Source: Eledone cirrhosa (taxonomy: Eukaryota). From it: a stretch of DNA of 64,000 nucleotides. The stretch covers positions 183,582,001 through 183,646,000 of the forward strand of contig OZ024742.1 in NCBI GenBank assembly GCA_964016885.1, written 5' to 3'. The notes below the pieces were generated by a model, which saw only the letters and a program-made list of their open reading frames with translations, was not told the DNA's origin and did not search any database. Below are positions 1-14,649 of this stretch, one piece after another. Position numbers and translations under genes: made by a program. Position 1 is the first letter of the stretch. Every line of letters begins with the position of its first letter.

Positions 1-48
1 ATGTATATACGCACATACATGCATACAAAAATTTGTGAAATTATAAAA

Positions 49-577
49 CCCCTACCGATGCGACTGTTTAGTCCAGCCAGCGACTTGAAAACTCTGGTAC
101 AAACACTACACTTGTGACAATTATTGACACATAGTGCTGGGCCCATGGTACCATGTGACGACAAGTGCAGAGAGATCTCCAGATATAAAGCAATGCCTGT
201 GCCGTGAAGCTTTTATAGTGAGCACTGCACAAAACCAGTCCCACTCTCTTAACCAAGATGATATTTACCAAAATGAAGAACAAGTCAACATCATTGGATA
301 CCATCAGAGTTGCAGGTGTTATATCAGAGTTTTCCTTCTCAGAATTCTGCCTTGACAAAGGCTAAGGGGTCATCTCTCCCGCTGATTTTGGATGGCCATT
401 GACTTTTAAGAGGTCCTTTACCCTTTGACAGGTTTTGTTTTTAGTCCTGCAGGATGTCCAAAGTCACCCTCCCCACCAAGAAACCTTGGTGGGGTTGCCA
501 GTTTAGTCGCCAACGACCCGACCATGGGACAGGTTGTATTGGGATACATGTTACCAGTAGCACCAGCTGGTGACCTA
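49..577 (-). mobile_element. Non-autonomous RTE-derived bipartite retroposon, tandem copy 1 (3' end eroded)
   Basis: The minus strand reads head + segment similar to the RTE 5'UTR at 45880-46060 (GATATAACACCTGC..GATGTTGA..GAGAGTGGGA..CACAGGCATTGC) + last zinc-finger codons. Near-identical to the copies at 595 and 1241. Confidence 0.75.
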
Positions 578-594
578 ACATACATACATACATA

Positions 595-1204
595 CATGGT
601 GGTTGCCAACTCGTTTTCGAGTACGGCCACTACTTTATATCCATGTAGGAGAACCCCTACCAATGCGCTGAACGAGTGTGACTTTTTAGTCCAGCCAGCG
701 ACTTGAAAACTCTGGTTAAAACACTACACTTGTAACAATTATTGACACATAGTGCTGGGCCCATGGTACCATGTGACGACAAGTGCAGAGAGATCTCCAG
801 ATATAAAGCAATGCCTGTGCCGTGAAGCTTTTATAGTGAGAAAAGGCACTGCACAAAGCCAGTCCCACTCTCTTAACCAAGATGATATTTACCAAAAAGA
901 AGAACAAGTCAACATCATTGGATACCATCAGGGTTGCAGGTGTTATATCAGAGTTTTCTTTCTCCTAGAATTCTGCCTTGACAAAGGCTAAGGGGTCATC
1001 TCTCCCGGTGATTTTGGATGGCCATTGACTCTTAAGAGCTCCTTTGCCCTTTGACAGGTTTTGTTTTTAGTCCTGCAGGATGTCCAAAGTCACCCTCCTC
1101 ACCAAGAAATCTTGGTGGGGTTGCCAGTTTAGTCGCCAACGACCCGACCATGAGACAGGTTGTACTGGGATACATGTTACCAGTAGCACCAACTGGTGAC
1201 CTGA
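595..1204 (-). mobile_element. Non-autonomous RTE-derived bipartite retroposon, tandem copy 2 (complete)
   Basis: Carries the 5'UTR-like middle and zinc-finger codons ..RVFKSLAGLKSHTRSAHW* (RTE C-terminus: CRLCARHFGSLAGLKSHIRSQHC*). Its 3' end GGCCGTACTCGAAAACGAG..CACCATG matches the RTE 3' end GGCCATACTCGATAACGAG..CATCATG. (TATG)n tail. Confidence 0.85.
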
Positions 1205-1240
1205 CATACATACATACATACATATATACATACATACATA

Positions 1241-1810
1241 CATGGTGGCTGCCAACTCGTTTTCGAGTACGGCCACTACTTTATATCCATGTAGGAGAAC
1301 CCCTACCGATGCGCTAAACAAGTGAGACTTTTTAGTCCAGCCAGCGACTTGTAAACTCTGGTACAAACACTACAGCTGTGACAATTATTGACACATAGTG
1401 CTGGGCCCATGGTACCATGTGACGACAAGTGCCGAGAGATCTCCAGATATAAAGCAATGCCTGTGCCGTGAAGCTTTTATAGTTAGCAAAGGCACTGCAC
1501 AAAGCCAGTCCCACTCTCTTAACCAAGATGATATTTACCAAAAAGAAGAACAAGTCAACATCATTGGATACCATCAGGGTTGCAGGTGTTATATCAGAGT
1601 TTTCTTTCTCCTAGAATTCTGCCTTGACAAAGGCTAAAGGATCATCTCTCCCGCTGATTTTGGATGGCCATTGACTCTTAAGAGCTCCTTTGCCCTTTGA
1701 CAGGTTTTGTTTTTAGTCCTGCAGGATGTCCAAAGTCACCCTCCTCACCAAGAAACCTTGGTGGGGTTGCCAGTTTAGTCGCCAACGACCCGACCATGGG
1801 ACAGGTTGTA
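1241..1810 (-). mobile_element. Non-autonomous RTE-derived bipartite retroposon, tandem copy 3 (slightly 5'-truncated)
   Basis: Same structure as copy 2, flanked on both sides by (CATA)n tracts. Confidence 0.85.
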
Positions 1811-1836
1811 CATACATACATACATACATACATACA

Positions 1837-1867
<31 letters not shown>

Positions 1868-1887
1868 GTTTGTGTGTTGAATGAAAA

Positions 1888-2050
1888 CCACAGGTGGTTA
1901 AGTTGGTCGTGTGACAGGTTTCTGACTGAAATATTAACCAAGTCGCAGCTGTGTGTCATTCGCATGTGATTTCAGTTTCGAGTTCCCTCTCAATGCATGG
2001 CACCGTGGCCATGTGCCTTCCGTTATAGATATAAACTGACCATTGCCTTT
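1888..2050 (+). mobile_element. Degenerate tRNA-derived SINE remnant
   Basis: A-box-like GTGGTTAAG and B-box-like GTTTCGAGTTCC, followed by a CORE-like GGCACCGTGGCCATGTGCCTT segment. Confidence 0.4.
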
Positions 2051-2168
2051 CCTTATAAGTTCATACTACTTTCTTGGTGCTGGTCTGAGCTGAAGTAGTA
2101 AGTAAAAGGTGCAAATAAATAAATGAGTATTCGAGAAATATAAAATACAAAAAAAAAAAAAATTTTTT

Positions 2169-3655
2169 TTAAAATGATAAATGGTGTTTGTTTGCTTTGC
2201 ACATTCTCCTTACTTCTTCAGCTCCAACCAGACCAAATTTAATATATCGTGTTTTGAATACCTCTTTCTTAGCGGTTGGAGCTAAAGTATCGAATGAATA
2301 ATTTGATGTGATGATTATTGTTGTCCGTTTTACAATTTGGCTCCTTTTGAATTTAATAGCCACCGCTGTATCTGCACTTTCGAAAATCTTTTTAAAAGTT
2401 TGGAGAGTCTCCATGATCATATTAGGTTCCTTGAAGAGACAAATTTCACAGCCTACCATGTCTTGAAAGGGGAAAAAAAAGTCCCTTGCATTGTCGACGT
2501 AACCTAAAATGTTTCTCTACAGATCTTGCGATAAAGGATTTGACGATAAGGGTTCACCTTTAAGTATCAATGTGTTCTGTTTAGGGTTATTTCTGATTTA
2601 AAATGTTCCATATATCTTGAACGAATTCGTCTATATCTATGTGACTTATAATTTTGAGTGATAAAGTAGTTGAATGATATTTATTAGTATTAAATTTGTG
2701 CCAGTCCATATTTATGTATTTGGTACGAAAAGGTGTATTTAGAGTCTGTCTTGCACATATCAGCCATGTTTTTAATTATTGTTTCGTATTATGGATGAGC
2801 TAACGCAGTTAAATTGTTTCCGTTCTTATGTATGTTGCATTTCATTTTTGTGTTCTTTCCTGTCATACAAAAATTTAAGATAATTAAAAAGATTCATGTT
2901 GACCTTTTGTATTCATGAATATACCGTATTTCCCGGCGTCGAAGACCCTACTTTTTTCCTAAAATAAGTCTAAAAAATCTACCATGCGTCCTGGAGGCAG
3001 AAAAAAAATAAACAACCATGCGTCCTGGATACCGAAGGTTGTTTATTTTTTTTCAAAATTTTGGTTGTCAAAATTAGGGTGCGTCCGGGAAATATGGTAA
3101 GTTCTTTAGGATTTTTTATTATTTTGCGAGGAGTAGAGGTGTAATGTTTATCTGGTTGAATTTGTTTTTCTAAGCGCCATTGTTCCGAATATTTTACAGG
3201 CCCAGTTATTATTGTGTACTAATATTTCCTTGATTCAAGGCAAAAGTAGCTTGCCAGTGCTGCAGGAAATTTAACTTGTTGACAAGGTGGAAATTTACTT
3301 TTGTAGTTTGTAGCTTTCCAATATTCTATTCCTATATTCTGCCAGGTACTGTCTTTTGGTGGTGTTTTATCGCTTGTCACACAACATATTATGTGGAAAT
3401 GGTTTACACCATCCCAAGCCTTATTTTGACAGAGTTCAGAATTAGATCCTGGGTGAAGTATTATTATTGCTTTTCTGTTTAGTATGAAACGAAGAAGACG
3501 AGCATTTTTGTTAGGAGTATCTTGACTATCTCTATCGTTATCGTCGACATTTATATGTATTGCTGAATCAAAAGGAATACTAGCTTTTTTATCCCAACTG
3601 AATTGCGGTGGAAAAATCCATGGCTATACTGCCGTATACAATTTCTCATTTGAAC
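2169..3655 (-). pseudogene. NS1: Endogenous parvovirus/densovirus-like NS1 (HUH endonuclease + SF3 helicase), disrupted
   Basis: Manual translation gives the HUH motif GVNHFHIIC (~3390-3415) and candidate catalytic Tyr LASYF (~3245). It then gives IDEFVQDIWNILNQK, PKQNTLILKGEP..KSFIARSV (frameshifted Walker A), FPFQDMVGCEICLFKEP (Walker B region), FKKIFE..VAIKFK (motif B') and TIIITSN (motif C). Several stops and frameshifts, plus a MITE insertion. Confidence 0.9.
2924..3097. mobile_element. Tc1/mariner-pogo (Tc2-like) MITE inserted in the NS1 pseudogene
   Basis: TIRs CCGTATTTCCCGG / CCGGGAAATATGG (1 mismatch) with TA on both sides (2922-23, 3098-99). Removing it restores the NS1 frame (..KNPKELIFMNTK..). 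Confidence 0.85.
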
Positions 3656-3680
3656 CTTTAAGAAAAATAAAGGAAACTTA

Positions 3681-5466
3681 TTAACGTGTTATTGGATACG
3701 CCTCACTAGAAACAGGTTGAGCATATGTACGATAGCCTTGAGGTCATTGACAAAGTTTCATTTTCTTTTCTGGGTTTAATGACATGATCTAGTACATGTT
3801 GGTATTCTAGGATAATATCCAATGAATTGTGGTGAACCACTTGGATACTCAAAGTCAATTTCTGAGAAATAATCAACTGTTAGCAAAAATATTGTTTTAG
3901 CTGTTTTATTTTTAGCATCTAAGAAAAATATTGGATCTAGTACAGTTACTGGTGATGGATTACTAGGATTAATAGGGAATTCTGTTAGAAGACTTCTACT
4001 TGGATTATTAATGTCTGTTATAAGTCTGTCTCATTTAACATCGCTAGTATTAAGTGTCCAAAGCTTGTTGTTTTCGTAATCATTGATTTCGTGAGGCACT
4101 AACTGCACTTATTTCATTAGGCGAGATGTGACCCGTGAAGGCATCAAATTGCATGGAATTGAACCATGATGGGCTTCTGCATACCCATGTGTACTCCCAC
4201 GTCTTAAAATCCATCATTGTCCAGTATTATACATGCTAAATAATTATTTTGCGTTTACTGTTTGTTCTGTAGCAGATGGATGTATTCTGTTGTTAAAGTT
4301 GAGTGTTTCATTAGGTACAGTTCTATTTTGTTGTTTCCCCACCTTCCCTGGTTCATAGTCGTTATTAAGTTGCTTGACAGTTCTTGTTTGATTTATGAAC
4401 ATAGCTGCGTTTGTATCTACGTATGTCATTATCCAAGGTCTTGTATTGAATGTAGTATTTGTTGTAGTTGTATTCTGTACTGTTGATAATTCATCAGTTA
4501 TAGGTATTACTGACGTGAAATCCGTAACTTCTTACTATCCATGATTCACGTGGATACCAGTATGTTGGGGCCTCGTTTGCCTTGAAAATATGAGGGGGAC
4601 AAACCAACATTTGTTGATTCTTAAAGGAGCATGTTAGTATTGCTTATGGTGCCTTTCCCGGACCTTTTCACATAGTAAAAATTTACACTAATAAGATTTT
4701 ATATAGTCAAATGAAGTTCAGATATAAAAAAATAAGCTTAAAAAAATTATTATATCAAATAAGCAAAAAATAAAACATAGACGTTTGAAAAAGTGGGCGG
4801 TTGTCCCCTGGCACCCCACTGAAACAAGGCCCTTGCTTGTATTATTGTAATTCAGTTTCAGTGCATGATGCTCGTAAGTCTTTGTATGGTATTTGTACAC
4901 ATCTATGTGTGATGTTGATGTCTGTATATTTTTAGTCTTTTGTATTCCATTTATATTTAGCAATATCAATTAGTTCTGTGAATACATCTACATAATGGAA
5001 CAAAGTTCTACAGAATTTCTTGGTTACAATAGGATTCTTATCGCCTACCTGAGGCGGTGTGTCTGTTGCTATTGTGATTCCAGAGCCACCGGTCGATACT
5101 CTACTTTCGGTTCAATCATTTCTACGCTTTCTACTAGTTGTTCGTCTGTATCGTTTGAGTTTTCGATTTCACTTGTTCGTGCTTCTTGTTCTACTCGTCT
5201 CTTTTTATGATAAGGTGGCATTCATACAATTGTGTCCGAAAGGTTATTAGTGTATTTATCGAAAACTGTTTTTGTTTTTATAGCGTATTTTACTATGTTT
5301 GCATCGAAAGTATTTATGTGTTCTATATCGTTTAACAAATCGTGTGTCATCTGAGTACTGAATATTGTGTTTGTAACATGCAACATCTAATTCATTTATT
5401 GTTTTATTTTTGGATAAAATCATTAGAAAAGGGACCACAGAAATTATAACCAAGTAAATGAGACAT
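3681..5466 (-). pseudogene. VP1: Endogenous parvovirus-like capsid VP1 with N-terminal PLA2 domain, disrupted
   Basis: ATG at 5466 gives MSHLLGYNFCGPF (PLA2 Ca-loop-like), then INELDVACYKHNIQYS..DTRF (HDxxY-like helix). Gly-rich STGGSG is followed by IVTKKFCRTLFHY (betaB-like), GLSPSYFQ (alphaA-like), SYGFHVS..IPITDELSTVQNTTTTNTTFNTRPWIMTYVDTN (betaD/E-like), NTGQ..WEYTW and NPSPVTVLDPI..LTVDYFSEIDFE (betaH/I-like). Stop at 3681-3683. Confidence 0.85.
4650..4836. mobile_element. Probable DNA-transposon fragment interrupting the capsid pseudogene
   Basis: AT-rich non-coding block ending in a GC-rich, transposon-end-like motif (GGGCGGTTGTCCCCTGGCACCCCACTGAAACAAGGCCCTTG) between two capsid-like segments. 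Boundaries approximate. Confidence 0.4.
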
Positions 5467-5563
5467 TACTTACAATAAGTTTTGCTATTAAAGGAGCAGC
5501 TTTTTCTTTGAAGTATTCTGATGACATTTTTGCTGTTTTTCTTTTTTTGGTATTGATGTAAAA

Positions 5564-5800
5564 CAGCGGACGCCAACCTTTCGGACTTCAGGACCACTAA
5601 ATTCATAATTTTTAATCTCGTGGACCACTAATATGAATGTTTTTAAAAAGATAAATACATTTCTAAATTAATGATCAGAAAACTTCCATTTTATTAAACA
5701 ATACATGGATAGATGATACATACATTCTTTCATGGATGTTAGTTCTTTACTGAGAAGAAACATTTGTTAGGGGTGTTATAAAATACATTTTAACCAAATA
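5564..5800. mobile_element. hAT (Charlie-type) transposon end fragment truncating the viral element
   Basis: Begins CAGCGGACGCCAACCTTT..GGACCAC..GTGGACCAC, typical of Charlie/Buster termini. Confidence 0.55.
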
Positions 5801-5809
5801 TTATTTAGT

Positions 5810-5995
5810 ATGGAGTTATAGCCCTTTACGTTCTGAGGTCAAATCCTGCCGAGGTTAACTTAGCCTTTCATCCTTACGGGTCGATCGGTGGATTGGGAGT
5901 ATCGGTAGAGGGTCGGACGCCATGCTTTCCAGCATAGTTACGTCCCTTTATGATCTGAGTTCAAATCCCGCCGAGGTTGACTTTGCCTTTCACCC
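5810..5995 (+). mobile_element. Two adjacent partial tRNA-derived Deu/Nin-domain-type SINEs
   Basis: GAGTTCAAATCCCGCCGAGGTTGACTTTGCCTTTCA core, shared with the full copies at 41305 and 63790. Confidence 0.85.
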
Positions 5996-6158
5996 CTTTC
6001 TAACTTCCCCTTTATTACTTTTTGTCCTTCTCTTGTAGAATCTACTGTGATCAGACCTGGAGTGGAATGGCCTCCCCTAAGCTTCCAATGGCCAAGAAAC
6101 ATCATATGTCACTGAGTCACTACTACTTCACCAGGAGTTGCGGTACCATACCATATAT

Positions 6159-8345
<2,187 letters not shown>

Positions 8346-8745
8346 ATATGAAATATGAAAAATGGCGTGCTGCGCTGTTGCACATGGGGTACATATGAAT
8401 AAAATTAGTGCTTCATCAGTGATCTTCCAACCGTTATTGGTATTTCTTCGCATTAAAGATCATATACCTCTGCAATAACTAAAGAAAGTTATTGGGACAC
8501 GTAAAATAGGGTGAAGCGAGCGAGACATGTAAACAAACAGAGATGGTAATGCAACGGAAGAGAAGAAACAAGTTCGTGATATCTATGAACTTAAGTTCGG
8601 TGAAATCATAGACGAGAGATACAGATCATCCGACCTGGGTGAGATGTGAGCGAGAAAAGGATTTCACACAGGTCAAACGGGAGGAAGTGAGAGAGGGGGA
8701 GTAGCAGATAGTGAGTGAGTGAAAGTGTGAGGAAGAGGCCAGATT

Positions 8746-8881
<136 letters not shown>

Positions 8882-9214
8882 CATAATTACATAAACGGAG
8901 AAAGCTAATAGCGATACTCCGAACAATTTCCAACTCACTCAACAACATATATATATATATATATACAAAGTGTTGTCTCGAAAATCGAGTTGAAGCAGAG
9001 GTGCATTAGATTTTATAGAATAATTTGAAACTCAACGTAAAGGAAAACTGCCAAGACATAAAGACTTACCTCAAGGACAGGAATAAGCGGCTGGAAGTGT
9101 GTAGGTCTAGAAAAGTGGAGCAGAGAGAGAAGATGGAAGAATGGAAAGGAACTAGACAAAACACACACACACCTACACACACACACACACAAACACATAT
9201 ATACACATATATGC

Positions 9215-9255
<41 letters not shown>

Positions 9256-9262
<7 letters not shown>

Positions 9263-9836
9263 TGTCTCCTAGTTATTGAGTATGGCCATTGCACGATATA
9301 CCATTATTAATAATTATTAATTAATTAATTCTATCGTGCAATGCCGGTGCGTGAAGTTATTTTTTAAAGTGAGGAAAGGCTGTGCACTGAGCCAATCCCA
9401 CTCTCTGAGCGACAGTAGCTATAACTCGAAAAGAAGAAAAGATCAACATCATCGGTAACTACTGAGCCGCATGTTTTATATCGGAGTTATCCCAGTTTCC
9501 TGAGTTGCCTTCTCCTAGAAGAATGCCTAGGGGTCTTTCACTCCCAGGGGTTTAACCGCGCGATCGGGTGTCCAGTCCGACTATTTCTATGTCCCCGCGC
9601 ATATACATACACATGTACATGTGCATATACATATTTACACACTTTTGGATGGCCGTTGACTCTTATGAGTTCTTCCGCCCTTTGTCATGTTTTGTTTTTT
9701 GTCCTGCAGGGTGTCCAAAATCACCCTCCTCACCAAGTAAACTTGGTGGTGTTGCTGGTTTAGTCGCCGACGACCCGACTATGCGACAGGGTGTACTGGG
9801 TTACATGTTACCAGTAACACTCAAGAGTGACCCGAC
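9256..9836 (-). mobile_element. Non-autonomous internally deleted derivative of the RTE LINE (head + 5'UTR + 3' terminus)
   Basis: 9333-9600 is the reverse complement of the RTE 5'UTR (45781-46058). 9256-9295 matches the RTE 3' end (49957-49996). 9643-9836 matches the head of the 49-1810 copies. (TA)n tail. Confidence 0.9.
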
Positions 9837-10014
9837 ACACACACACACTTATATATATATATATAAATAAATATATAAATGCGTGTGTGTGTGCATATAT
9901 ACATATATATATATATATATATAGGAACGATCGACTTTCGTCAAATCGGACCGAGGGAACAATGTTTCCGTTGGTCTTTCCAATTGCTAATACTATCTAT
10001 CGGTCGCAACTCCA

Positions 10015-10383
<369 letters not shown>

Positions 10384-10866
10384 TGTTATATTTGGAGAAG
10401 GTCAGGCTGCCAATATTGCCAATAAAACATGCAATATTTGATTTCTACTTCAGTTATTAGTTAATTCGTCGACGTTCTTTCTTCACGCATTCTGTGACCT
10501 TCCTGGTGGTTATTTTTTTCCTCAGTGCATCCTCTTCTTGACCTTCTGGGCTATGTTTCCCTGTTTACGCATGTATTTGCGTCTGCGCATGTCTGCCTTC
10601 GCACCCCCTTGTGTGCGAGTGTGTGTGTGTTTGTGGAGGTTGTATCTATATTTATCTGTCTTCCTATGCTTTTTCTCTAACTTGTCTGAATATTGTTTCG
10701 GTTTTATGTGTGGAATAATTGTTTCAACTCGCGATTTCACATCAAGAATCTTACTAAAGAAGTACACACAGGCGCACTCTCTCTCTCTCTGTCTGTGTCT
10801 CTATCTCTTTCTCTCCCTTTCTCTCTCTTTCTCTCTCCACTCTCTCTCTCTCTCTCACACACATTA

Positions 10867-10927
<61 letters not shown>

Positions 10928-10984
10928 AACACAGTAAAGAGAGACGAACACGGATATATATACGTGTTCAATTCACAACGACAA

Positions 10985-11046
<62 letters not shown>

Positions 11047-11379
11047 GCCTGTCTTCGTCTCTCTTTACTGTGTTATAAGGCTCTGAAATTTTTTTCCTTG
11101 AGACAATTTGATTATAAGGGACTTATCGTTGCCGTCGTTGGCAATCTACAAAAACCGCAGTTATCAATTTTAACCATATATTAGATATATATCAACACAC
11201 AAATATCACTGTTATTAATGAAATACCAGTTATCAACACCTAATGCCACTGTTACCAATCTACAAACACCACTATTTATCAACACGAAATGCCAGTTATC
11301 AATCGACAAATGTCTGAGTTATCCCCACCAAATACTACTCTTATAATCAATACTAAATGACACTGCTACCAAGTTATAA

Positions 11380-12330
11380 ATACCAAATACCACAGTTATA
11401 ACCACCAAATACCAGTTATCACCACCAAATACCAGTTATCACCACCAATAACCACAGTTATCACCACCAAATACCACAGTTATCACTATAATATACCACA
11501 GTTATCACTACCATATACAACAGTTATCACCACCATATACAACAGTTATCACCACCAAATACTACAGTTATCACCACCAAATACTGCAGTCATCACCATC
11601 AAACACCACAGTTATCACCCTCAAATACCAGTTATCACCACCAAATACCACAGTTATCACTATCATATACCACAGTTATCACTACCAAATACCACAGTTA
11701 TCACCATCAAATACCACAGTTATCACCATTAAATGCCACAGTTATCACCATCAAATACTATGGTTATCACCATCAAATACCATGGTTACCACCACCAAAT
11801 GCCACAGTTATCACCACCAAATACCAGTTATCACCACCAAATACCACAGTTATCACCACCATATATATCATAGTTATCACCATCAAATACCCAGTTATCA
11901 CTAACAAATACCACAGTTATCACCACCAAATACTACTGTTGCCACCACCAAATACCACAGTTATCACCATTAAATACCAGTTATCACCTCCAAATACTAC
12001 AGTTAACACCACCATATACCACAGTTATCACCACCATATACCACAGTTATCACCATCAAACACCACAGTTATCACCACCAAACACCACAGTTATCACCAC
12101 CAAATACCAGTTATCACCACCAAACTCCACAGTTATCACCCCCAAATACCACGGTTATTATTAACACTAAATGACACTGCTACTAGCTTACAAATACCAC
12201 AGTTATCACCGTACAAAAACCACCGTCATCAGCACTAAATATCACAGTTATAACCCTACAAATGTCACAGTTATCAACTTATACATCAGTTATCAACACC
12301 AAATACCACGATTATTCTCAACATCAAATG
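11380..12330. repeat. Degenerate ~20-22 bp minisatellite (AAATACCACAGTTATCACCACC)
   Basis: Dozens of tandem imperfect units, decaying at both edges. Confidence 0.9.
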
Positions 12331-12739
12331 ATACTGCTATCAACGTAAAAAGGCCGCCGTGTTTATCGAGAAACCAGAGCGGACTTCATAAGAATACTTG
12401 TATGTGTCGTTGTCAATGCCAGCGCTTTGTATTTCAGCAAATAACTAGAAGCAGTCTTACCGTTACGTCTTCATTACAGTTATTGATTGTCAGAATACAA
12501 CAACAACTACTACTACATCTATTGCTACAATCACTACTACTGTTACTACTGTTGCTATTGCTATTACTACTGCTATCATTACTACTGCAGGACTACGACT
12601 AACGATCTTAGCAGTCGCCACTAGTGCACTAAAGCTGTTCATAGTATGATAGCAAAACCAAACCAGCGCATCGCAGGCACACTAACATAAATTGTCTTTG
12701 ATAATAATGGAAAACTATTTAGTTCCGCCATCCCCACAT

Positions 12740-13084
12740 TTCATCACCACCACCATCATCACCATTACCACCATCAACCACCACCACCACCACCACCACC
12801 ACCATGTTATCTACACCATCACTATCATCATGGTCGTCGTTGTCATCATATTAGTCGTCACCAGGCTTATCGTCATGACCATCACCATCGTCCCCACCAC
12901 AACCACAACCACAACCACCACCGCCACTGCCACCAAGATCACCACCTTATCCTTATCATCGCTGTTCGTTGTCTTCTCCACCACCACCACCACCACCACC
13001 ACCACCACCACCACCACCACCACCACCACCACCACCACCGCTAACAACAACAACAACACCGCCACCACCACCACCACCACCACC

Positions 13085-13116
<32 letters not shown>

Positions 13117-13510
13117 CAACAACACCACCACCACCACCACCACCACCACCGCTAACAACAACACCACCACCATCACTATCATCATCATCATCATCAAAAC
13201 CATCATCATCATCACCATCACCATCACTATCATCATCATCATCATCACAACCATCATCATCATCATCATCATCATCAAAATCATCATCATCATTCTCATC
13301 CTCCTCCTCCTCACCATCATCATCATCATTGTGATTGCCATAATTACACAAGTCACAGAGTAGCCATCTCTCCATCTCTCCTCCCTCCACATCCCTACTC
13401 TACCTCCCCCTTACCCCCCCCCCCACTCACTCTACAATTATCATACAATAATCATTATACTTTGATTTCTCGCTGTTGTTGCTGCTACAACAACAACAAC
13501 AATAACAACA

Positions 13511-13561
<51 letters not shown>

Positions 13562-13566
13562 GCTGC

Positions 13567-13651
<85 letters not shown>

Positions 13652-13656
13652 GCTGC

Positions 13657-13732
<76 letters not shown>

Positions 13733-13753
13733 GCTGCTGCTACAACAACAACA

Positions 13754-13801
<48 letters not shown>

Positions 13802-13862
13802 GCTGCTGCTACAACAACAACAACAACAACTACTACTATTGCTACTACTACTACTGCTGCTG

Positions 13863-13897
<35 letters not shown>

Positions 13898-13915
13898 GCT
13901 GCTGCTACAACAACA

Positions 13916-13984
<69 letters not shown>

Positions 13985-14045
13985 GCTGCTGCTACAACAA
14001 CAACAACAACAACTACTACTATTGCTACTACTACTACTGCTGCTG

Positions 14046-14090
<45 letters not shown>

Positions 14091-14460
14091 CTGCTGCTGC
14101 TGCTCTTGCTACTACTACTACTATATTTATACCAATCTACCACTTCCTACTTCTAATGGTACTGCTGTTACTATATTACATTATACCGGCTCACCACCAC
14201 CACCACCACTCATTACTACTACCACCACCACCACCACTCATTACTACCATCACCACCACCACCACCACCAACACCACCACCACCACTCATTACTACCACC
14301 ACCACCACCACCACCACCACCACCAACACCACCACCACCACTCATTACTACCACCACCACCACCACCACCACCAACACCACCACCACCACCACCACCGCC
14401 ACCACCACTCATTACCACCACCACCACCACCACCACCACCACCACCACCACCATTGCAAT
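12740..14460. repeat. Compound trinucleotide repeats (CAC/CAT/CAA/CTA/CTG)n
   Basis: Directly visible; the source of the low-complexity ORFs here. Confidence 0.95.
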
Positions 14461-14649
14461 AACAATGATAATTGTTTCTACTGCAAGCACAAGGCCAGCA
14501 ATTTGGGTGGAGGGGAAACTCGATTAAATTGAACCCAGTGTATTACTGGTACTTTATTTTATAGACCCTGTAAGGATGCTGCAAAGTATGATGTCTGACG
14601 CTCTACCGATAATATTAATAATAATTATTACTATTATTATTTCTTTATT

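Noticed and set aside
5495-5527. ATG at 5527 (MSSEYFKEK..) as the VP1 start
   Set aside because: It is out of frame with the PLA2 motif. The ATG at 5466 is in frame with GYNFCGP.
12692-14532. Poly-T/Y/S/P/H ORFs as mucin-like proteins
   Set aside because: These are translations of trinucleotide microsatellites open in several frames.
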